Assembly: GCA_945907425.1 (NCBI GenBank)
Contig: CAMDTE010000002.1
Location: 8,196-72,195 of the forward strand
DNA length: 64,000 bases
From: Owenweeksia hongkongensis DSM 17368
GTDB taxonomy: Bacteria > Bacteroidota > Bacteroidia > Flavobacteriales > Schleiferiaceae
Direction of reading: 5' to 3'
Position numbers and translations under genes: made by a program. This document shows positions 18,296 to 24,991 of the stretch, one piece after another (positions within the stretch are counted from its first letter, which is position 1; each line of letters starts with the position of its first letter). The notes under the pieces were generated by a model that saw only the letters and a program-made list of their open reading frames with translations, ran no database searches and was not told where the DNA came from.

Positions 18296-19816
18296 TTATT
18301 CTGTTTTTTCAGGGCGCATTTGCGGGAAAAACAACACCTCTTGTATGCTGCTTTGGTTGGTGAGCAACATGGTGAGCCTGTCCATACCCATTCCCATCCC
18401 CGACGTTGGCGGCATGCCGTATTCCAATGCCCTTAAAAAGTCTTGGTCTATGAACATCGCTTCATCGTCTCCCTTTGCGCTTAGCTGCAACTGCTCTTCA
18501 AAACGACCGCGCTGGTCTATGGGGTCGTTCAGCTCGCTGTACGCGTTGGCCAATTCTTTTCCGTTGACAAAGAGTTCAAAACGCTCCGTCAGTGTTGGGT
18601 CTTGGCGATGGCGCTTACACAAGGGGGACATTTCTACAGGATAGTCTGTAATAAACGTGGGCTGAACGTAGTGGTGCTCGCATTTCTCACCAAAAATCTC
18701 GTCGATCAGCTTGCCTGTGCCCATTTCTGGCTTCACGTCTATGTGTAACTCTTTGGCTAGGGCCCGTATCTCCTCCTCGGACTTGCCGCGAAGCACGTGG
18801 CCTGTGTGTTGTTCGATCGCGTCCAAAATGGAAATGCGCGCAAACGGGGCTGAAAAATCAATGCTCTTTTCTCCTGCCTGCACAACGGGGTTTCCGTTGT
18901 TCACTTCGCGCACCACCTCTTCCAACATCTGTTCTGTGAATCCCATCATCCACTGGTAATCTTTGTACGCCACATATATTTCCAAGACGGTGAACTCTGG
19001 ATTGTGCGTTCTGTCCATGCCCTCGTTGCGGAAGTCCTTCGCGAATTCGTACACTCCGTCAAAACCCCCGACAATCAACCGTTTCAAATACAGTTCGTTG
19101 GCGACGCGCAAATACAAGGGAATGTCCAATGCGTTGTGGTGCGTGCTAAAGGGTCGTGCCGCCGCCCCGCCAGGAATGGGCTGAAGAATGGGTGTTTCCA
19201 CCTCCAAATACCCCGCCCGATCAAAAACCCGGCGCATGGTGTTGACAATTTTTGCGCGCTTGATAAACACTTCTTTCACCCCTTCGTTCACCACTAAATC
19301 CACATAGCGTTGTCTGTAGCGCAATTCGGGATCTGCAAAGGCATCGTGAACGGCTCCGTCTGCATCCGTCTTCACCACAGGCAGTGGGCGCAGCGATTTG
19401 CTCAAGAGGGTGAGCGCGGTGGCGTGTATGGATATTTCTCCGGTTTGCGTCCGAAAAACATAGCCCTCAACCCCCACAAAATCACCTATGTCCAAGAGCT
19501 TCTTGAATACCTCGTTGTAAAAATCTTTGTTTTCACCAGGGCACAATTCGTCTCTGTTGAGGTACACCTGAATCCGAGAAGAACTGTCCTTGATAACAGC
19601 AAAAGAGGCTTTCCCCATGATGCGTCGAGCCATCAACCGACCGGCCACACATACTTTTTGGAAATCCTCTGGGTGTTGATCAAACCCGTCCAATAGGGCC
19701 TTTGCCGAGTGGGTCACGGGATACTCCGCTGCGGGATACGGCTCTATGCCCATCGCGCGCAATTGGGTCAACGCTTCGCGACGGAAAATTTCTTGTTCTG
19801 ACAAATGACGCTCCAT
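18296..19816 (-). CDS. lysS: lysine--tRNA ligase (class II)
   Basis: Class-II motifs [18 protein letters not shown] and [14 protein letters not shown]. Start chosen at ATG 19816 ([28 protein letters not shown]), which fits lysS N-termini and the -7 box. Track start 19963 would overlap gltX. Confidence 0.9.
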   Translation of the reverse strand: MERHLSEQEIFRREALTQLRAMGIEPYPAAEYPVTHSAKALLDGFDQHPEDFQKVCVAGRLMARRIMGKASFAVIKDSSSRIQVYLNRDELCPGENKDFYNEVFKKLLDIGDFVGVEGYVFRTQTGEISIHATALTLLSKSLRPLPVVKTDADGAVHDAFADPELRYRQRYVDLVVNEGVKEVFIKRAKIVNTMRRVFDRAGYLEVETPILQPIPGGAAARPFSTHHNALDIPLYLRVANELYLKRLIVGGFDGVYEFAKDFRNEGMDRTHNPEFTVLEIYVAYKDYQWMMGFTEQMLEEVVREVNNGNPVVQAGEKSIDFSAPFARISILDAIEQHTGHVLRGKSEEEIRALAKELHIDVKPEMGTGKLIDEIFGEKCEHHYVQPTFITDYPVEMSPLCKRHRQDPTLTERFELFVNGKELANAYSELNDPIDQRGRFEEQLQLSAKGDDEAMFIDQDFLRALEYGMPPTSGMGMGMDRLTMLLTNQSSIQEVLFFPQMRPEKTE

Positions 19817-19822
19817 AGGACA

Positions 19823-19830
19823 CAAAGATA
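19823..19830 (-). promoter_or_regulatory. -7 box TAtcTTTG, 6 nt upstream of lysS ATG
   Basis: The minus strand reads TATCTTTG-tgtcct-ATG. Exact consensus. Left arm of a 10-bp inverted repeat. Confidence 0.5.
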
Positions 19831-19849
19831 ACGATTGTACCGCGTGGGC

Positions 19850-19857
19850 TATCTTTG
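19850..19857 (+). promoter_or_regulatory. -7 box TAtcTTTG, 5 nt upstream of gltX ATG 19863
   Basis: The plus strand reads TATCTTTG-tggac-ATG. Exact consensus. Right arm of the inverted repeat CACAAAGATA(19821-30)/TATCTTTGTG(19850-59). Confidence 0.5.
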
Positions 19858-19862
19858 TGGAC

Positions 19863-21401
19863 ATGAACGAAATTCCCCTGTCCGCACGCCCAGTTCGCGT
19901 TCGGTTTGCCCCGAGTCCTACCGGCCCCTTGCACATGGGCGGGGTGCGCACGGCCTTGTACAATTACCTGTTTGCAAAAAAACACGGTGGCGCCTTTTTG
20001 TTACGCATTGAGGACACGGACCAGGCGCGATTTGTTCCTGGCGCGGAAGAATATATTTTAGAGTCCTTGCGGTGGTGTGGAATTGTCCCCGACGAAGGGC
20101 AGGGCGTGGGTGGGCCGCACGCTCCTTACCGTCAGTCTGAGCGCAAACCGATGTACCGTCAGTACGCACAGCAATTGTTGGATTCTGAACATGCCTATTA
20201 CGCTTTTGACACGCCCGAAGAATTGGAAGCCATACGAGAGCTCGCTTTGACGGCTGGAAATCCCAACTGGCAATACAATTCCATAACCCGCGGCAGTATG
20301 AAAAATAGCTTAACCCTTCCCGCGGAGGAGGTTGAGCGCCGTCTGGCTTCCGGTGAGGCGTATGTGGTGCGCGCAAAAATCCCCCGCAACGAGGAGGTGA
20401 AATTTCAAGACATTATCCGCGGCTGGGTAAGTGTCCACACACTGAACTTGGACGACAAAGTCCTGCTCAAGGGCGATGGCATGCCCACCTATCATTTGGC
20501 CAATGTGGTGGACGATCGCCTCATGGATATCACCCATGTGATTCGCGGAGAAGAGTGGCTTCCTTCTGCCCCCTTGCATATTCTTTTGTACCGATTTTTT
20601 CAGTGGGAAGCCCCTGGTTTTGCCCATCTTCCTTTGTTGTTGCGGCCCGACGGAAACGGCAAACTATCCAAGCGCGATGGTGACCGCCTGGGCTTCCCTG
20701 TTTTTCCTCTGGACTGGCACAACAGCGAGACGGGGGAAACAGCGAGCGGGTACCGCGAGCGCGGGTTTTTACCGGAGGCTTTTTTGAATATGTTGGCCTT
20801 TTTGGGTTGGAACCCCGGAGACAACAGGGAGGTTTTTTCTCTAGCGGAATTGATCGATGCCTTCCAATTGCACAAGGTCCATAAGGCCGGCGCTCGTTTT
20901 GATTTCGAAAAGGCCAAATGGTTCAATCAGCAATTTCTTCGAAACCTTCCCCCTGCTTCTTTGGCCCACTTACTCAAGGACGATCTTTTGCGCCGAGGGG
21001 TGGCTGTTCCGGCTCCTGCCTACCTTGAAAAGGCCGCTGTTTTGTTGTTGGATCGGGCTGTTTTTTCCTCCGATTTGTACGAAAATGGATCCTATCTCTT
21101 TCACGCCCCCGCCCACTACGACGCAGAGATGATGTCTAAAAAATGGACGGCCGACTCCCCTGCCCGCCTGCGCATTTTAGCGGAGCGCTTTGCTGCCTTG
21201 CCTGCATTTTCCGCAGAAGCGGCAGAAGGCGTTTTCAAATCCTATCTAACAGAAACTGGATTGGGTTTTGGTATTTTGGGGCCTGTTTTGCGCCTGGCCG
21301 TCAATGGAGTGACCGTGGGGCCCTCTGTTTTTGACATCATGGCTCTTTTGGGCCGAGAAGAAAGTTTGAAACGAATTCACGCTGCGTGCGATGCGAATTG
21401 A
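19863..21401 (+). CDS. gltX: glutamate--tRNA ligase
   Basis: HIGH-type motif [11 protein letters not shown] and KMSKS-type motif KLSKRDG. The track start GTG 19857 overlaps the -7 box, so ATG 19863 is preferred. Confidence 0.9.
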   Translation: MNEIPLSARPVRVRFAPSPTGPLHMGGVRTALYNYLFAKKHGGAFLLRIEDTDQARFVPGAEEYILESLRWCGIVPDEGQGVGGPHAPYRQSERKPMYRQYAQQLLDSEHAYYAFDTPEELEAIRELALTAGNPNWQYNSITRGSMKNSLTLPAEEVERRLASGEAYVVRAKIPRNEEVKFQDIIRGWVSVHTLNLDDKVLLKGDGMPTYHLANVVDDRLMDITHVIRGEEWLPSAPLHILLYRFFQWEAPGFAHLPLLLRPDGNGKLSKRDGDRLGFPVFPLDWHNSETGETASGYRERGFLPEAFLNMLAFLGWNPGDNREVFSLAELIDAFQLHKVHKAGARFDFEKAKWFNQQFLRNLPPASLAHLLKDDLLRRGVAVPAPAYLEKAAVLLLDRAVFSSDLYENGSYLFHAPAHYDAEMMSKKWTADSPARLRILAERFAALPAFSAEAAEGVFKSYLTETGLGFGILGPVLRLAVNGVTVGPSVFDIMALLGREESLKRIHAACDAN

Positions 21402-21747
21402 CGTCAAGCAAATAAAGCTATACGCTTACCATGGATGCCTGCCTGAAGAGGCGGTTATTGGTTCTCATTACGAGATCGATTTGTCCGTCATTACTTCCAA
21501 TGAACAGTCTTCTCTTTCCGACGAATTGTCAGAAACAATAGATTATGTTCTGCTGACGAAAATTGCGACCGAAGAGATGGCCATCCGTTCTCGCTTGTTG
21601 GAAACCGTTGCGCGCCGCATTTTGGAGCGTATTTGGAAAGAGGCGCCGACCTCCGATTTTGCAGAGGTCTCCCTTTCTAAATTGTCTCCCCCAATAGAGG
21701 GAGATGTGGCCCGCGTCACGGTTGTTTTTTCCGGTTCGCGCCAATAG
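21391..21747 (+). CDS. folB: dihydroneopterin aldolase
   Basis: 118 aa. [33 protein letters not shown] is typical of FolB. 11-nt overlap with the gltX end. Confidence 0.8.
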   Translation: MRIDVKQIKLYAYHGCLPEEAVIGSHYEIDLSVITSNEQSSLSDELSETIDYVLLTKIATEEMAIRSRLLETVARRILERIWKEAPTSDFAEVSLSKLSPPIEGDVARVTVVFSGSRQ

Positions 21748-21767
21748 TCTATCTTTACACCCTTAAA

Positions 21768-21838
21768 GGTCTCGTGGCCGAGTGGCTAGGCTCAGCTCTG
21801 CAAAAGCTGCTACAACGGTTCGAATCCGTTCGAGACCT
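21768..21838 (+). tRNA. tRNA-Cys (anticodon GCA)
   Basis: Hand-folded cloverleaf. Acceptor GGTCTCG/CGAGACC. Anticodon stem CAGCT/AGCTG with loop CTGCAAA. T arm AACGG-TTCGAAT-CCGTT. Discriminator T (U73, the Cys identity element). 71 nt, with no encoded CCA. Confidence 0.9.
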
Positions 21839-21844
21839 CTTCCA

Positions 21845-21877
21845 AAAACCCCACTTTTTTAGTGGGGTTTTTTTATT
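21845..21877 (+). terminator. rho-independent terminator after tRNA-Cys
   Basis: Stem AAAACCCCACT/AGTGGGGTTTT around a T-rich loop, followed by a T-run. Confidence 0.8.
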
Positions 21878-21885
21878 TCGATTAA

Positions 21886-22653
21886 ATGTGTGCTTTGGTA
21901 GTACCAACCAAACCTAAAATAACTCACATGATTCTTTTGATGACCCATCAAGAGAACGTGCGTGATCGTGTACTACGGATCTTGCAACCTTATCGTCTTG
22001 AGGTTGCGCACGTTTCTCGTTTCGACGAAGTTCCTACTTTGTTGAATTCCTTCATTCCCTCCTTGGTTCTGCTCGATGTTTCTGCAGGATTCACGAATTG
22101 TGATGAAGCCTTTGCTCGCTGGGGCGACATAAACGAACAGCGTCCTTTTGCCCTTTTGGGATTTCAAAATTATTACAACGCAGAAACGCAGCAGTGTCTG
22201 ATGCGACACGGGGCGATTCGCGTATTCGACGCGCAGTGCTCTGATGAAGAAATGGCGCTTACCATTCATCATGTGCACAATCTCCTTCCTAAAGAAGGGT
22301 ACGGTCTGCGTATGTCTGCCTCGGAAAAGGAGTCTATTTTGCGGGCCATAAAAAATTCCATTCGGGAAAACATCAATGTGGAAATGCTGGCGGACAATCT
22401 ACACATGAGCCGTAGCAGCTTGCAGCGTGCCTGTTTGCGCCATTTCAATAAGGGGCCAAAATATTTAATTACAGAAAATAAATTAGGCTTTGCTGTTGAG
22501 TTGATCGGGCGTGGGGCAAACAATGTTTCCTCCTTGGCTTATGCGGTGGGCTATAGTAGTGTCAATAATTTTATTGCCGCTTTCAAGCACCATAAAGACA
22601 TAACGCCGAAGGAATTTATGAAACAGGCCCGATTGAAACAGCCGGCCGCATAG
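21886..22653 (+). CDS. AraC-family transcriptional regulator with atypical receiver-like N-terminal domain
   Basis: C-terminal HTH_AraC (MLADNLHMSRSSLQRACLRHF...VSSLAYAVGYSSVNNFIAAFKHHKDITPKEF). N-terminal ~120 aa resemble a CheY-like receiver (SLVLLDVSAG). Start is uncertain: ATG 21886, or ATG 21928 (MILLMTHQ...). Confidence 0.75.
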   Translation: MCALVVPTKPKITHMILLMTHQENVRDRVLRILQPYRLEVAHVSRFDEVPTLLNSFIPSLVLLDVSAGFTNCDEAFARWGDINEQRPFALLGFQNYYNAETQQCLMRHGAIRVFDAQCSDEEMALTIHHVHNLLPKEGYGLRMSASEKESILRAIKNSIRENINVEMLADNLHMSRSSLQRACLRHFNKGPKYLITENKLGFAVELIGRGANNVSSLAYAVGYSSVNNFIAAFKHHKDITPKEFMKQARLKQPAA

Positions 22654-22655
22654 AG

Positions 22656-22663
22656 TACCTTTG
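22656..22663 (+). promoter_or_regulatory. -7 box TAccTTTG, 22 nt upstream of ATG 22686
   Basis: Exact TAnnTTTG (G-TACCTTTG) immediately after the AraC stop codon. Confidence 0.45.
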
Positions 22664-22685
22664 CAAGGAATTTAAATTCTTGCAA

Positions 22686-24227
22686 ATGGCTCACGCTGAT
22701 CTTTCTGCCGTCTTTTCCTCTCTTGGTTTAACCCGCGCGAATGCCGGTACGTGGACCGGGCAAAATTCTTTCTCTGGTGGCGCTGTCTTAACGAGTCACT
22801 CTCCGGTGGATGGGGCGCTCATAGGCACGGTAACAGAAACAACAGCGGACGAATATACCTTGGTCTTGGAGCGTGCGGTTGCTGCTTTTTCCTCTTGGAA
22901 AAATGTTCCCGCCCCAAAAAGAGGAGAAATAGTCCGTCAGTTTGGTGATGTATTACGCCAAAACAAAGACGCGCTCGGGCGTTTGGTGAGTTACGAAATG
23001 GGTAAATCTCTTCAAGAAGGATGGGGAGAGGTGCAAGAAATGATTGATATCTGTGATTATGCGGTAGGTCTTTCTCGGCAATTGACGGGATTAACCATCA
23101 AAAGCGAGCGCCCACAACACCAAATGATGGAACAGTGGCACCCGCTGGGTGTTGTAGGAGTTATCAGCGCTTTTAATTTTCCTGTGGCTGTTTGGAGTTG
23201 GAATGCAGCCCTCGCTTGGGTTTGTGGTGATGTAGTGGTTTGGAAGGCCTCTGAAAAAGCTCCTTTGTGTGCCATCGCTTGCCAGTATTTATGGAACCAG
23301 GTAGCCACAGTAAACAACCTGCCGGAAGGTATTTCTTCTATTGTTTCTGGTGGGGCTCAAGTGGGTCAATGGATGACCACCGACTCTCGCGTTCCGTTGA
23401 TTTCAGCGACCGGCTCTACGGGTATGGGCCGTAAAGTCGGAATGGCGGTAGCCGAACGTTTTGGAAAATCTATCTTAGAATTAGGTGGAAACAATGCGAT
23501 TATTGTTACTCCAGAAGCCGACATTCACATGACTATCATAGGCACTGTATTTGGCGCTGTTGGAACCGCCGGTCAACGCTGTACCACCACGCGCCGCTTA
23601 ATCATCCATCACTCTATGTATCAAAAAGTGATCGATGCCCTTATAAAAGCCTATTCGCAACTTAAAATTGGCGATCCTTTGGATAGTCGACATCACGTGG
23701 GGCCATTGATTGACACCCAGGCCGTATCTCATTATCTCCATGCTCTTCGTGAAGTAGTTAGAGAAGGGGGAAAATTGATTGTGCCTGGAGGTGTTTGTGA
23801 AGGAGAAGGTTATGAAAGTGGTTGTTATGTATATCCTGCTATTGCGGAAGCAAAAAATCACTTCGCTATTGTGCAACACGAAACTTTTGCCCCTATTCTC
23901 TATGTCATGTCTTATGATTCTTTAGAAGAGGCTATCTCCCTACAAAACGGAGTGCCCCAAGGTTTGTCTTCCTCAATTATGACAACCAACATCCGTGAAG
24001 GCTTGCGTTTTATTTCTGAATCTGGGTCGGATTGTGGTATTGCTAATGTCAACATAGGCACAAGCGGGGCGGAAATTGGTGGTGCTTTTGGTGGTGAAAA
24101 AGAAACAGGCGGTGGGCGTGAATCCGGTTCCGACAGCTGGAAAGCTTATATGCGCAGACAAACCAATACACTGAACTACGGTGACTCTCTGCCTTTAGCT
24201 CAGGGCATTGTTTTCAACATAGATTAA
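22686..24227 (+). CDS. ALDH7/antiquitin-type aldehyde dehydrogenase (alpha-aminoadipic/piperideine-6-carboxylate semialdehyde dehydrogenase-like)
   Basis: About 513 aa. ELGGNNA and VGTAGQRCTTTRR (catalytic Cys) plus an N-terminus LGL...AGTWTG typical of the ALDH7 group. The track start is TTG 22680; ATG 22686 is preferred. Confidence 0.8.
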   Translation: MAHADLSAVFSSLGLTRANAGTWTGQNSFSGGAVLTSHSPVDGALIGTVTETTADEYTLVLERAVAAFSSWKNVPAPKRGEIVRQFGDVLRQNKDALGRLVSYEMGKSLQEGWGEVQEMIDICDYAVGLSRQLTGLTIKSERPQHQMMEQWHPLGVVGVISAFNFPVAVWSWNAALAWVCGDVVVWKASEKAPLCAIACQYLWNQVATVNNLPEGISSIVSGGAQVGQWMTTDSRVPLISATGSTGMGRKVGMAVAERFGKSILELGGNNAIIVTPEADIHMTIIGTVFGAVGTAGQRCTTTRRLIIHHSMYQKVIDALIKAYSQLKIGDPLDSRHHVGPLIDTQAVSHYLHALREVVREGGKLIVPGGVCEGEGYESGCYVYPAIAEAKNHFAIVQHETFAPILYVMSYDSLEEAISLQNGVPQGLSSSIMTTNIREGLRFISESGSDCGIANVNIGTSGAEIGGAFGGEKETGGGRESGSDSWKAYMRRQTNTLNYGDSLPLAQGIVFNID

Positions 24228-24558
24228 ATAATTAAATAGTTTTTTAAAATAAGAAGTATATAATAATAGCCTGTTTATAGTGCGTATAAGTTTTTTGGTA
24301 AACGTTTGTTTTTTGTGTTTATCATTTCTCATGAACACATTATAAACAGAAACTAATAGCGAGAAACGTTTATTTATCCTCGTTTTACGAAGTAATGAAC
24401 AAGCTATAAAGAAAGACAACAAAAAGAAAAGGAGCATAAGTTTATTTCCTTGGGTTGTTGATGAAATGGTATTTTTAGTTTTTGTTTCTGTTGATTATTT
24501 TTTACGAAAAACATTTATTAACGTCGATTCACTTTTTTTACACAGTAAATAACACATT
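24228..24558. other. 331-bp strongly AT-rich non-coding island between the ALDH7 gene and rpiB
   Basis: The longest intergenic gap in the window and visibly far more AT-rich than the flanks. Contains inverted repeat CTGTTTATA (24271-79)/TATAAACAG (24341-49) and two copies of the palindrome AAACGTTT (24300-07, 24364-71). Confidence 0.7.
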
Positions 24559-24987
24559 ATGAACATTGCTATTGGTGCGGATCACGCGGGATTTGAATTA
24601 AAGGAAAAAATCAAGGAAGTATTGACACTTGAAGGGTGGACGATTATAGATCATGGTGCCTACAACACAGAAAGTGTGGATTATCCAGACCACGCACACC
24701 CCGTGGCAAGAGACATAGAAAACGGAGAGGCGGTATTAGGAATTGTGATTTGTGGAAGCGGAAACGGCATTGCTATGAGCGTGAACAAACACCAAGGGAT
24801 CCGCGCCGCGTTGTGTTGGACCCCAGAGTTAGCCTCTTTAGCTCGTCAACACAACGACGCAAATGTTTTAGCCCTACCCGCCCGTTTTATTGAACCTTCC
24901 ACAGCTTTAGCGTGTGTAGCCGCTTTCATAGAAGCCTCCTTTGAGGGGGGAAGACATCAAAAGAGAGTCGATAAAATTTCTTATTGA
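24559..24987 (+). CDS. rpiB: ribose-5-phosphate isomerase B
   Basis: 142 aa. MNIAIGADHAGFELKEKI and IVICGSGNGIAMSVNK are typical of the RpiB/LacAB family. Confidence 0.9.
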   Translation: MNIAIGADHAGFELKEKIKEVLTLEGWTIIDHGAYNTESVDYPDHAHPVARDIENGEAVLGIVICGSGNGIAMSVNKHQGIRAALCWTPELASLARQHNDANVLALPARFIEPSTALACVAAFIEASFEGGRHQKRVDKISY

Positions 24988-24991
24988 ACCT

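Noticed and set aside
24195-24437. 80-aa minus-strand ORF inside the AT-rich island
   Set aside because: It overlaps the 3' end of the ALDH7 gene. Its K/F/L/N/Y-rich composition is what any frame of AT-rich DNA yields, and there is no promoter box or conserved motif.
24228-24558. The AT-rich island as a replication origin (oriC)
   Set aside because: I could not find clustered DnaA boxes (TTATCCACA or its complement), only isolated weak resemblances. There is no dnaA, dnaN or other origin-linked gene nearby.
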